A stretch of 28,341 nucleotides of DNA from Acidobacteriota bacterium (GTDB lineage: Bacteria > Acidobacteriota > Blastocatellia > Pyrinomonadales > Pyrinomonadaceae). The translations under genes and the position numbers were made by a program. The notes beneath the pieces are model-generated. The model saw nothing but the letters and a program-made list of their open reading frames with translations, made no database searches and was not told the DNA's origin. This document shows positions 8,262-17,836 of this stretch, piece after piece. The stretch is taken from assembly GCA_043769325.1 (NCBI GenBank), contig JAYVJN010000599.1:1-28341 (forward strand). Direction: 5' to 3'. Within the stretch, counting starts at the first letter, position 1. Each line of letters starts with the position of its first letter.

Positions 8262-10415
8262 ATGAGGATGGATTTCACGCAAAGTTCCACGCTGTTGCGC
8301 TTAGGCATTTGGTTGTTTTTGTACCTTTGTTTGGTTGCTCCGGCCCAGGCGCAGCAACGCGCCTTTACGCCCGCCGACACGCTGAGAATCGCCAATGTCG
8401 CCGACGCGCAGATTGCGCCCGACGGCCAGCGTGTGGCTTATACAGTCACGACGGTGGAGGGCGACGCTAACCGCACGGTAATCTGGCTGGCTTCGACGCA
8501 ACGCGGCAGTGCGCCGTCGGCTTTATGGCCTGGCAGTGTGCCGCGTTGGTCGCCGGACGGCAAGCGGCTGGCTTTTCTGGCGTCGAAAGAGAAACAAGAC
8601 GGGCTGTGGACGGTTGACCTGACGATGCAACCGCGTGTGCCGCAGTTTGTCGCGCCGGTGCGGAACACCAATCATTTCATCACTTACGCGGGCGAAGCGT
8701 TCGCCTGGTCACCGGACGGCAAAAGTATCGCCTACATCAACGCCGAACCCGCGCCCGACGCCAAAGAAACCGATAACGACCCGCGTATAATTGACCGCAT
8801 TCAATACAAATCGCGCACCTCGTTTGGCGATAACCTGCGTTCCCATGTTTGGTTGGTAAATGTTGACCCGGCCAGCGCCAAACGCGGCGAAACCAAGGCT
8901 TTAACCAGCGGCCCCTACTACGACCACGCCCTGAGTTGGAACCCCGACGGCAAAGAAATCGCCTTTCTCGCCAACCACGAACCAGACCCTGACGCCAACA
9001 ACAACTCCGACATCTTCGCCGTCAACCTCAACGGCGGCGTGCGCCAAATCACTCAAACCAAAGGCTGCGAATACGAACCCCAATGGTCGCCCGACGGCAG
9101 ATACATCGCCTACACCGCCACCACCCGCGATGTGACCACCATTGACAGCGTGGCCGAAGACACCCACGTCTGGGTTATCGAAGCCAACGCGAGCAGTGGC
9201 AGCGGGCGCGATTTGACCGCTAAACAAGACCGCCGCGCCCGTAGTCCGCGTTGGGCCGAGAACAGCCGTAAGCTGTTTTTCGGCGCGTCAGACAAAGGAC
9301 AATCTCTCATTTATTCAGTTAATCTTAGTGGCGTTGTGTTTCCCATCTTTGCCAATTACACACGGGAAATCGGGGGGCCGCAGCCGAAAACCGTTTTTGC
9401 GCGACCATTCCAAGTAACCAGCTTTAGTTTCTCCAAAACAACTATAATCACAACCTCTACGGGGATGCGGAGTGATTCTGATGACTATGCAGTGGCGAGT
9501 TTACCTTTTGCCTTCATTCTTAGTGACAGTGTGAACCCGCCGGAAATCTGGCGGGCGGCACTTGTTGGGTCGGAGACAGGGGCGGCGGGTTACTTTACAC
9601 GACTGAGTAGGCACGACGAATCCAGCGCAAGAGCCGTTTCTTTCGTTGAACCACAGCAGTTCACTTGCAATAGCTTCGACGGCACACCAATTCAAGGCTG
9701 GCTGATGAAGCCGGCCAATTGGGAAGCGGGCAAGAAGTATCCTTTGATTCTGAGCGTTCACGGCGGGCCGCATGGCAGTTACGGTTATGGTTTCAACGCC
9801 GCGTTTCAGGCTTACGCGGCGCGGGGTTACGCGGTGCTGTTTCTCAACCCGCGCGGCTCAACGGGTTACGGGCAGAAGTTTTCTGACGGCACGTTGCGCG
9901 AGTGGGGCGGCGGCGATTACAAAGACCTGATGGCCGGCGTGGACGAAGCCCTGCGCCTCAATTCATGGCTTGACGGCGAACGGATGGGCGTCGCGGGAGG
10001 TAGCTACGGCGGCTTTATGACCAACTGGATTATCACGCAGACGCCGCGTTTCAAGGCCGCCGTCGCTTCGGCCAGCGTCAGCAATATGATAAGTTTTTAC
10101 AGCACTTCGCTTTACCAGGATTTAGTGCACGCCGAATTTGGCGTCATGCCCTGGGATGATTATGATTTGTTGTGGCGTTGGTCGCCGCTGCGCTACGTCA
10201 AAAACGTGCAGACGCCGACGCTCTTTATTCACGGCGAACAGGACAACGATGTCCACATCACTCAGGCCGAAGAGATGTACACGGCCCTCAAACGGCGCGG
10301 CGTGCCGACGGTGCTCGCCCGCTACCCGCGCGAAGGCCATGGCTTGCGCGAACCCAAACACCGCCTCGACGCGCTCGAACGCACACTGGCCTGGTTCGAT
10401 AAATACCTGAAATAG
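8262..10415 (+). CDS. S9 family serine peptidase (dipeptidyl/acylaminoacyl peptidase), secreted
   Basis: Signal peptide (...APAQA|QQ), repeated WSPDG PD40 propeller units, HGGPH, NPRGSTGYG, nucleophile GGSYGG, Asp in HGEQDNDV and His in REGHG. Confidence 0.95.
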   Translation: MRMDFTQSSTLLRLGIWLFLYLCLVAPAQAQQRAFTPADTLRIANVADAQIAPDGQRVAYTVTTVEGDANRTVIWLASTQRGSAPSALWPGSVPRWSPDGKRLAFLASKEKQDGLWTVDLTMQPRVPQFVAPVRNTNHFITYAGEAFAWSPDGKSIAYINAEPAPDAKETDNDPRIIDRIQYKSRTSFGDNLRSHVWLVNVDPASAKRGETKALTSGPYYDHALSWNPDGKEIAFLANHEPDPDANNNSDIFAVNLNGGVRQITQTKGCEYEPQWSPDGRYIAYTATTRDVTTIDSVAEDTHVWVIEANASSGSGRDLTAKQDRRARSPRWAENSRKLFFGASDKGQSLIYSVNLSGVVFPIFANYTREIGGPQPKTVFARPFQVTSFSFSKTTIITTSTGMRSDSDDYAVASLPFAFILSDSVNPPEIWRAALVGSETGAAGYFTRLSRHDESSARAVSFVEPQQFTCNSFDGTPIQGWLMKPANWEAGKKYPLILSVHGGPHGSYGYGFNAAFQAYAARGYAVLFLNPRGSTGYGQKFSDGTLREWGGGDYKDLMAGVDEALRLNSWLDGERMGVAGGSYGGFMTNWIITQTPRFKAAVASASVSNMISFYSTSLYQDLVHAEFGVMPWDDYDLLWRWSPLRYVKNVQTPTLFIHGEQDNDVHITQAEEMYTALKRRGVPTVLARYPREGHGLREPKHRLDALERTLAWFDKYLK

Positions 10416-10627
10416 CTTAAACCGCGCGAATGGCAGCAAAATAAAGGAACTTGTGCGGCGGTTCGTGAACATCTAAAGCGGATATTGCGCGCTGCCAACG
10501 ACGGTAACATGAGGCCCTAACTTTTTCGACTTATTGCGGGCTTGGCGCGTCAGTATGTTACGCTGTAAACGGCGGAAAGATTTCTCTTTAAAATTATTTT
10601 TACCTGGAAAAGTGACGAAACAGGCTG

Positions 10628-13258
10628 ATGGCCGGAAACCAAACGCGGGTTGAGACCGCAGCAAATTTGTCGGCGGCAGTGTTTGAGCCATCCCTTGACG
10701 CGCCGCGTCCGCGTGTGCGCGGCAAATTCCTGTTTGTCGGCGAGGAGAAATTCTACCTGCGCGGCGTCACTTACGGCACTTTTGGCCCGGATGCAACGAG
10801 CGCGGAATACGACCCCGCGCAAACTGAACGTGATTTCGCGCAGATGGCCGCCGAGGGCCTCAATGCCGTGCGGACTTACACCGTGCCGCCGCTTTGGTTG
10901 CTGGATGCGGCGCAACGTCACGGTTTGCGCGTGATGGCCGGTCTGCCCTGGGAACAGCACCTGGCGTTTTTGGATGAACCGGAACGCGCGCGTGGCATCG
11001 TGGAAAAAGTGCGCGCCGGCGTGCGGGTCTGCGCCAGGCATCCGGCGGTTTTGTGTTACGCCATCGGCAACGAGATTCCCGCGTCCGTCGTGCGCTGGCA
11101 CGGAGCCCGGCGGGTAGAGAATTTTCTGCGCCGGCTGTACCGCGCCGCCAAAGCCGAAGACCCCAAGGGCTTGGTCACTTACGTCAACTATCCTTCGACT
11201 GAATACCTCAATCTCGCGTTTGCCGATTTCCTTTGTTTCAACGTCTATCTCGAAGCCGAAGAACAGTTTACGGCTTACCTGGCGCGGCTGCAAAACATCG
11301 CCGGCGAGCGGCCTTTGGTCTTGGCCGAAATCGGTCTGGACAGCCAACGCAACGGCGCGCAAGTGCAGGCCATGACACTGGCCTGGCAATTGCGGGCGGC
11401 GTTTGGCGCGGGTTGCGCCGGCGCGTTCGTCTTTGCCTGGACGGACGAATGGCATCGCGGCGGCCACGACATCGCGGATTGGGATTTTGGTTTGACCACG
11501 CGCCAACGCGCAGCGAAACCCGCCTTAGCTGCCGTAAGCCAAGCCTTTGCCGCAGTTCCGTTTGCGGCGCGGGAATGGCCGCGCGTCTCCGTCGTGGTTT
11601 GTACCTACAACGGCGCGCGCACGATTCGGGATTGCCTGGACGGGCTGCGCGGGCTGGCTTACCCCAATTTTGAGGTCATCGTAGTCAACGACGGCTCAAC
11701 CGACGCCACGCCGGACATCGTGCGCGCATACCCCGAATTTTGCCTCATCAATACCGCCAATCGCGGCCTGAGCGCGGCGCGCAACACGGGTTACGAGGCC
11801 GCGACGGGCGAACTTGTGGCCTATACAGACGACGACGCGCACCCCGACCCGCATTGGCTAACCTATCTGGCGGCTACATTTATGGAGACGACGCACGCGG
11901 GCGTGGGCGGCCCCAACATCGCTCCGCGCGGCGATGGCCCCATCGCTGAATGTGTGGCTAACGCGCCCGGCGGCCCGGTTCACGTTCTCTTGTCGGACAC
12001 CGCCGCCGAACACATTCCGGGCTGCAACATGGCTTTTCGCCGTCGCGTTTTACTGAAATTGGGCGGCTTTGACGCGCAATTTCGCGCAGCCGGCGACGAC
12101 GTGGATTTTTGCTGGCGCGTCTTGGAGAGCGGCGGGACGCTCGGTTTTAGTCCGGCGGCAATGGTCTGGCATCACCGGCGCAATTCGGCGCGGATGTATT
12201 GGCGGCAGCAGCGCGGCTATGGCAAAGCCGAAGCCCTGCTCGAAGCCAAATGGCCGGAAAAATATAACGCCGCCGGGCATTTGACCTGGGGCGGGCGGCT
12301 TTACGGCAAGGGTTTGCTGGAAGCCTGGCGGTTGCGGCGCGGACGGATTTACCAGGGCACCTGGGGCGCGGCCTTGTTTCAATCGGTCTATCAGCCGGCG
12401 GCGGGCCTCTGGCGTTCGCTGCCTTTGATGCCGGAATGGTGGCTCTTGATTGGCGCGTTGGCGGCATTGGCGGCGTTGGGTTTGCGCTGGAAGCCTCTGT
12501 TGTTAGCGTTGCCGTTGTTGGGTTTAGCGGTTGGCGCGGCAGTGGCGCAAGCCGTTGCGGGCGGCGTCCGGGCCAAGTTTCAAATCGTGCCGGCGTCGCG
12601 CGCAGAAGACCTCAAACTGCGCGCCTTGACCGCTTTGCTCCATTTTATCCAACCCTTGGCGCGGCTGCGCGGACGCATTGAGCATGGCCTTAGCCTGTGG
12701 CGCAACCGGAGCGCGGCGGGACTGGTCTGGCCGCGTCCGTTCAAGGCCGCGCTGTGGAGCGAAAACTGGCGCGAACCGGCGGAATGGCTGCGCTCGTTGG
12801 ACAAAAATCTGCGCGCGGGCGGCACAGTGACACAACACGGCGGAGATTTCGACGCCTGGGATTTAGAGGCGCGCGGCGGTTTGCTGGGGCGCGTGCGGCT
12901 GCTGGCGGTGGCCGAAGAACACGGCGCGGGGCGTCAATTGGTGCGCGTGCGGGCCTGGTTGAAGGTGACGACGCTGGCCGTCGGCCTGGCCTCCGTGTTT
13001 GGCTTGCTGGGTCTGCTGGCCTTGCTCGACAAGACGCCGGCCATAGCGACGGCCCTTTTGACGATTACCTTTTTGCTGGTCTTGCGCGTGGTTTACGAAA
13101 CATCGCTTGGCATCGCCGCCGCCCGCGCCGCCGTCAATGAATTAGCCCAAGAAAGCGGCGTCACGGCGTTGGGCAAGACCCTCGGCGCAAGCCGCGTCTT
13201 AATCCCGAAAGTCTTGCCGGAATTAGCTTTAGCGGGGGAAGGCGATGAAGAGCAGTAG
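10628..13258 (+). CDS. Fusion: GH-A clan (GH2-like) TIM-barrel + GT2 glycosyltransferase + C-terminal membrane helices
   Basis: N-terminal half has LNAVRTY, YAIGNE (acid/base), AEIG (nucleophile) and FAWTDEW. From ~11576: VSVVVCTYN, VNDGSTD, YTDDD (DxD), GCNMAF, GDDVD and RQQRGY. Hydrophobic helices near 12440-12560 and 12970-13100. Confidence 0.88.
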   Translation: MAGNQTRVETAANLSAAVFEPSLDAPRPRVRGKFLFVGEEKFYLRGVTYGTFGPDATSAEYDPAQTERDFAQMAAEGLNAVRTYTVPPLWLLDAAQRHGLRVMAGLPWEQHLAFLDEPERARGIVEKVRAGVRVCARHPAVLCYAIGNEIPASVVRWHGARRVENFLRRLYRAAKAEDPKGLVTYVNYPSTEYLNLAFADFLCFNVYLEAEEQFTAYLARLQNIAGERPLVLAEIGLDSQRNGAQVQAMTLAWQLRAAFGAGCAGAFVFAWTDEWHRGGHDIADWDFGLTTRQRAAKPALAAVSQAFAAVPFAAREWPRVSVVVCTYNGARTIRDCLDGLRGLAYPNFEVIVVNDGSTDATPDIVRAYPEFCLINTANRGLSAARNTGYEAATGELVAYTDDDAHPDPHWLTYLAATFMETTHAGVGGPNIAPRGDGPIAECVANAPGGPVHVLLSDTAAEHIPGCNMAFRRRVLLKLGGFDAQFRAAGDDVDFCWRVLESGGTLGFSPAAMVWHHRRNSARMYWRQQRGYGKAEALLEAKWPEKYNAAGHLTWGGRLYGKGLLEAWRLRRGRIYQGTWGAALFQSVYQPAAGLWRSLPLMPEWWLLIGALAALAALGLRWKPLLLALPLLGLAVGAAVAQAVAGGVRAKFQIVPASRAEDLKLRALTALLHFIQPLARLRGRIEHGLSLWRNRSAAGLVWPRPFKAALWSENWREPAEWLRSLDKNLRAGGTVTQHGGDFDAWDLEARGGLLGRVRLLAVAEEHGAGRQLVRVRAWLKVTTLAVGLASVFGLLGLLALLDKTPAIATALLTITFLLVLRVVYETSLGIAAARAAVNELAQESGVTALGKTLGASRVLIPKVLPELALAGEGDEEQ

Positions 13259-16028
13259 AAGTGGAAAGTGGGGAGTGGGGAGTGGGGAGTGGGGCCGCGC
13301 CGTGTTAGTGGCGTTGCTTTTAGCCGCTTGCGCGACGATGGCCGCCGCGCAATGGGTTTGCGATATTCGCGGCACGGTTTCCGACCCCAATGGGGCGCGT
13401 ATTCCCAACGCAACGGTGCGTCTAACCGACAGAGAAGGCGTTTCCCGTTATGTCACAACTGACGCCGAAGGTAATTATATTTTTTTCTGCCGGATGTCGG
13501 GCCAATATACGATAACCGCCGAAGCCGAAGGGTTTAATATTGCCAAAGGGCAAGTCGAAGCAAGATTAAATAATTCCATAACATTTGATTTCACGCTTCA
13601 AGTAAAGATAGTTATTACCGACCCGGAAGCGGTTGTGGCTGAACAAAACGACCTGGCGGTTGTCACGCTGTCCGGCTATAAGTTGAAAGCCTTGCCGTCC
13701 GACCCACGCCAGTTATTGTTGCGTTTGAAGCGTTTAGCCGGCGCGACGGGGCCGGGCGCGGAGCTTGCCGTCTATGTGGACGGTGTGCGCGAGACGGGCA
13801 AATTGCCGCCCAAAGATTCCATCCAAAGCATCCGCATCAGCCGCGATTCATTCGCCGCCGAATTTAGCGAACCGGGCCAGGGCCGCGCCCTCATTTTCAC
13901 CAAACCAGCCGCCGAAGATTGGCACGGCGACCTTGAATTCAACTTCAACGACGAGACCCTCAACGCCCGTAACCCGTTTGCGCTCAATCGCCCGTCGGAA
14001 CAGGCGCGGGATTACAGCGCGGCTTTCGGCGGGCCTTTCGTGAAAAACCGTTGGGGCTTTTTCGCCGCTTTCAACCGCCGCGCGCAGGAGGAAAACTCCA
14101 TCATCAACGCCGTCACGCTCAACCCTCTGACGTTCGCCGCGCAGCCTTTCGCCGCCACTTTCAGCCATCCGGCGGGCAGCAAAGATTTTTCTTTCCGCAC
14201 CAATTACCTCTTGCGCGAGAGCCAAACGCTTGATTTTCGTTACCGTTACAGTTCCGGCGCGGAAAATAACCAGGGCCTCGACGACGGCTTTTCATTGCCT
14301 TCGCGGGCCTTTCGCCGCGCCGCGCGAGAGGACACATTCCGCGTCTCGTTGGTTTCCGTGCTGTCCGAACGCGCGGTCAATGAAGCGTTTATTGAATTGG
14401 GCCGGCGGCGCGCGGCAGCGCAGGCCGCCGACACAACGCCGGGCCTCGAAGTTTTGGACACCTTCACCGGCGGCGGTAATCCGGGCGCATTGGATTCAAC
14501 TGAATTAGCGCGTAACTTCCTCGTACAAAACTATTTCACCCTGACACGCGGCAACCACACGCTGAAACTCGGCGGCAACACTGCGGCCACCCAATACCGC
14601 AGCACTGACCGCGCTAACTTCAATGGTTCATTCACTTTCGGCACGGATTTGCTGCGCGACGCGCGGGGTTTGCCGCGTTTAGTGGACGGGGCTTTCGTCG
14701 TCATTTCGCCGTTGGAGCGTTACGCCAACACGGTGCAACGCTTGACGGGCTACCGCGCCGCGCAATTTACCATCCACACGGGCGACCCTTTCGTTGGTTT
14801 AACGCAATGGGAAAGTGGCTTTTTCGGGCAGGGCGATTGGCAGCTAAAACCCCGCGTGACGGTATCTTACGGGCTGCGCGCGGAATTGCAGACGCACTTG
14901 CCGGACAAACTCAACGCCGCGCCGCGCCTGTCTTTGGCGGCGCAACCGTTCAAGGGCCGCGACGCCGTTTTGCGCCTGGGCACAGGGCTCTTTTACGAGC
15001 GTTTCGCGCCTGAACTGACCATTGAAACCAATCGTTTCGACGGGGTGCGCCAACGCGATTTGCTCATCCAACGGCCCGGCTTTTTCGCCGTCATCCCGCC
15101 GGCTTTCAACCCCGCGCTCACGCAATTGACGCTCCACACCAAAGCGGCGGGCCTCAACGCGCCTTACGCCTGGCTTTCCACCGTGAGTTACGAACAGCCT
15201 TTGCCGCGTGGCCTAAATGCTTCCGTCAGTTATAGTTTCCAGCGCGGCATTCACCTTTTGCGGACGCGCAACACGAACGCGCCCGTGAGTGGCACGCGCC
15301 CGAATCTGGACTTAGGCCCGGTTTTGCAATATGAAGCGACGGGCCGCTCGCGCCGCCACGAATTCAATGCCGCGCTGAACGGCGAAATTAACGATAAATT
15401 CTCGTTTTACGGCAGTTACCGCCTCTCGTTGACCGACAGCGACACCGACGGCCCCTTCACCGCGCCGGCCAATTCCTACGATTTGCGCCGCGAATTTGGC
15501 CGCGCCGCCACCGACCAACGCCAGCAAATTTATTTCGAGAGCTATCTGTTGCTGCCGTTCGGTTTGAGCCTCTCACCCAACCTTTTCGCGGCTTCCGGCG
15601 CGCCTTTTGACATCACGACGGGCAACGACGACAATGGCGACAGCTTTTTTACAGACCGCCCGACGTTTGCCGCGCCGGGCACCGCCGGCGCGATTGCAAC
15701 GCCATATGGCCTTTTGAACCCGACGCCGGGCGCGGGCGAAACCATCATCCCGCGCAATTTCGGGCGCGGGCCGAGGCAAATCAGCCTGAACCTGAACGTC
15801 ACGCGGGAGTTCAGATTCGGCGCGGATAAACAGGACGCGCACGCACCGCGCCAGGGTGTTTTCTTGCGCCGCTCTTACGCCCTGACGCTGACGGCGGACT
15901 TTTCTAATCTGCTCAACCACACCAATTTCGGGGCCTTCAACGGCATTTTGAGCACGTCTCTCTTTGGCCGCCCTAACTACGCCGAAGATGCGCGGCGGAT
16001 AAACTTAGGCGTGACTTTAGGATTTTGA
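13245..16028 (+). CDS. TonB-dependent-receptor-like outer-membrane beta-barrel with N-terminal carboxypeptidase-regulatory-like domain
   Basis: Signal peptide, IRGTVSDPNGARIPNATV...TDAEGNY...EAEGF domain, plug-like LPPKDSIQSIRI..FAAEF, LNARNPF, APRLSLA and a C-terminal aromatic beta-signal (LGVTLGF). Confidence 0.85.
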   Translation: MKSSRSGKWGVGSGEWGRAVLVALLLAACATMAAAQWVCDIRGTVSDPNGARIPNATVRLTDREGVSRYVTTDAEGNYIFFCRMSGQYTITAEAEGFNIAKGQVEARLNNSITFDFTLQVKIVITDPEAVVAEQNDLAVVTLSGYKLKALPSDPRQLLLRLKRLAGATGPGAELAVYVDGVRETGKLPPKDSIQSIRISRDSFAAEFSEPGQGRALIFTKPAAEDWHGDLEFNFNDETLNARNPFALNRPSEQARDYSAAFGGPFVKNRWGFFAAFNRRAQEENSIINAVTLNPLTFAAQPFAATFSHPAGSKDFSFRTNYLLRESQTLDFRYRYSSGAENNQGLDDGFSLPSRAFRRAAREDTFRVSLVSVLSERAVNEAFIELGRRRAAAQAADTTPGLEVLDTFTGGGNPGALDSTELARNFLVQNYFTLTRGNHTLKLGGNTAATQYRSTDRANFNGSFTFGTDLLRDARGLPRLVDGAFVVISPLERYANTVQRLTGYRAAQFTIHTGDPFVGLTQWESGFFGQGDWQLKPRVTVSYGLRAELQTHLPDKLNAAPRLSLAAQPFKGRDAVLRLGTGLFYERFAPELTIETNRFDGVRQRDLLIQRPGFFAVIPPAFNPALTQLTLHTKAAGLNAPYAWLSTVSYEQPLPRGLNASVSYSFQRGIHLLRTRNTNAPVSGTRPNLDLGPVLQYEATGRSRRHEFNAALNGEINDKFSFYGSYRLSLTDSDTDGPFTAPANSYDLRREFGRAATDQRQQIYFESYLLLPFGLSLSPNLFAASGAPFDITTGNDDNGDSFFTDRPTFAAPGTAGAIATPYGLLNPTPGAGETIIPRNFGRGPRQISLNLNVTREFRFGADKQDAHAPRQGVFLRRSYALTLTADFSNLLNHTNFGAFNGILSTSLFGRPNYAEDARRINLGVTLGF
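13261..13294. repeat. (GTGGGGA)n heptamer repeat with four G4 tracts
   Basis: GTGGAAA-(GTGGGGA)x3-GTGGGG, with G4 runs at 13270, 13277, 13284 and 13291. Translated as GKWGVGSGEWG. Confidence 0.85.
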
Positions 16029-17836
16029 TGCCGGAAGTAAAATCACCAAACCGCGTTACTTTTTGGCCTTTGTCGCGCTGGCTGTTGGGTTATGCCTGGC
16101 CGTATCGCCGGCGGTTTGTGTTGTTTATTGTGCTGACGCTGGGCGAGATAATGTTGGGTTTGCTTGTGCCCTGGCCGATGAAAGTGTTGGTGGACAATGT
16201 TTTAGGCGGCGCGGTGTTACCGGCCTGGGCGCAAGTGGCGGCAGGCAAAGGCGCGTTACTGGCGGCGGTGTGCGGAGCCGGGCTGCTGCTTGGCGTTTTG
16301 AGTGAATTCATTTCGTTGGCGCACACGCAGTTACAGGTTGGTTTGGGGCAACGGATGTTGTTGCAAATGCAGCAGAATTTGTTCGCGCACCTGCAAAAAT
16401 TGTCTTTGCGTTACCACCAACAGAGCGGCACGGGAGACACGATTTACCGCATTGACAGCGACGCTTTTTGCGTGGACGCGATTTTGATGAGCGGCTTCTT
16501 CCCTCTAGCTAACTCATTGCTGACGTTGGGTTTGATGTTCCTTGTTCTGTTTCGCCTGGAGTGGTCGGTGGCCTTGTTGTCGCTGGCCGTCGTGCCGCTG
16601 CTGTTCGTGGTCATCCATCGTTATTCCGAGCGCATCACAGACCGCGCCGAACAGGTCAAAGAGATGGAATCGGGGCTTTACAACCTGGTGCACGAAGTCT
16701 TTTCGTCGGTCAAATTGGTCAAGGCGTTTGCGCGGGAACGCTACGAATTGAGCCGTTTCACGCGGCGTAGCGAAACGACGCTCAAGGAACGCCTGAGCTT
16801 GACCCTCCAAGAGTCGCTGTTATCGGTAACTATCACCTCGCTAACCTATTTAGGCACGGCGGCGGTGCTCTTTATGGGCGGCTGGCGCGTTCTGCAAGGG
16901 CGGTTGACGGTGGGCGAATTACTGGTCATTATCGCCTATTTGGGGGCGGTTTACGGGCCGCTTTCGGCCATCAGCCACACGCTGGGCGCGTTACAAGGTT
17001 CAATGGCCTCGGCGCGGCGCGTTTATGAAACGCTGCACGCCGAACCCGAAATTACCGACGCGCCCGACGCTCTGGACACGCCTATCTCCAACGGCGAGTT
17101 ATGTTTCGAGAACGTCAGCTTTGCTTACCAGGAAGCGCGGCCCGTCTTGCAAGACATCAGTTTTACCGTCAAACCAGGCCAGTTGGTGGCGTTGGTGGGT
17201 TTGACCGGGGCCGGTAAAACATCGCTGGTGAGCCTGATTCCGCGTTTTTACGAACCGACGGCGGGGCGCGTGCTGCTGGACGGCGTGGACGTGCGGCAGA
17301 GGTCTTTGCGGGCCTTGCGCGAAGGCGTCTCCATCGTGCTGCAAGAACCGATTTTGTTCTCGGCTACGGTTGCCGAAAACATCCGTTACGGGCGGCTGGA
17401 AGCGAGCGAAAAGGAGCTCCTGGCGGCGGCGCAAGCTGCTCAAGCGCATGAGTTTATCAGCGAGTTATCGGAAGGCTACGAGACTAAACTGGGCGAAGAC
17501 GGCGCGGGGCTTTCGGGCGGCGAAAGGCAGCGTTTGTCCATCGCGCGGGCCTTGCTCAAAGATGCGCCGGTGCTGATTTTGGACGAACCAACTTCGTCGC
17601 TTGACGCGCGGGCCGAAGCCAAGGTTTTCGCGGCTTTGCGGCGGTTGATGCAGGGCCGCACGACCCTCGTTATCGCTCATCGGCTCAGTACGATACGCGA
17701 CGCCGACAACATCATCGTGCTGGAACACGGGCGCATCGCCGGACAAGGCCGGCACGAGGAATTACTGGCAACCAACGCGCTCTATCGTGAGTTGTGTGAG
17801 CGTTTGTCGTTGGGTTTGGCGGTGGAATACGCATGA
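16028..17836 (+). CDS. ABC exporter, fused TMD-NBD (MsbA-like)
   Basis: N-terminal multi-helix TMD, Walker A GLTGAGKTS, Q-loop VLQEP, signature LSGGERQR, Walker B ILDEPTSSLD and H-loop IAHRLST. ATG overlaps the upstream TGA (TGATG). Confidence 0.95.
   Translation: MPEVKSPNRVTFWPLSRWLLGYAWPYRRRFVLFIVLTLGEIMLGLLVPWPMKVLVDNVLGGAVLPAWAQVAAGKGALLAAVCGAGLLLGVLSEFISLAHTQLQVGLGQRMLLQMQQNLFAHLQKLSLRYHQQSGTGDTIYRIDSDAFCVDAILMSGFFPLANSLLTLGLMFLVLFRLEWSVALLSLAVVPLLFVVIHRYSERITDRAEQVKEMESGLYNLVHEVFSSVKLVKAFARERYELSRFTRRSETTLKERLSLTLQESLLSVTITSLTYLGTAAVLFMGGWRVLQGRLTVGELLVIIAYLGAVYGPLSAISHTLGALQGSMASARRVYETLHAEPEITDAPDALDTPISNGELCFENVSFAYQEARPVLQDISFTVKPGQLVALVGLTGAGKTSLVSLIPRFYEPTAGRVLLDGVDVRQRSLRALREGVSIVLQEPILFSATVAENIRYGRLEASEKELLAAAQAAQAHEFISELSEGYETKLGEDGAGLSGGERQRLSIARALLKDAPVLILDEPTSSLDARAEAKVFAALRRLMQGRTTLVIAHRLSTIRDADNIIVLEHGRIAGQGRHEELLATNALYRELCERLSLGLAVEYA

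Noticed and set aside
9300-9690. Diversity-generating retroelement variable region
   Set aside because: No reverse transcriptase gene and no near-identical template repeat were seen in the window, and the segment is internal rather than C-terminal.
10555-10590. JUMPstart/ops element ahead of the glycan operon
   Set aside because: GCTGTAAACGGCGGAAAG only loosely resembles it; the ops core GGCGGTAG is not matched.
10550-11506. 318-aa minus-strand ORF, and similar long antisense ORFs such as 21986-22714, 8901-9227 and 4583-5002
   Set aside because: These are shadows of well-supported genes on the opposite strand, caused by GC-rich codon bias, and have no recognisable motifs.
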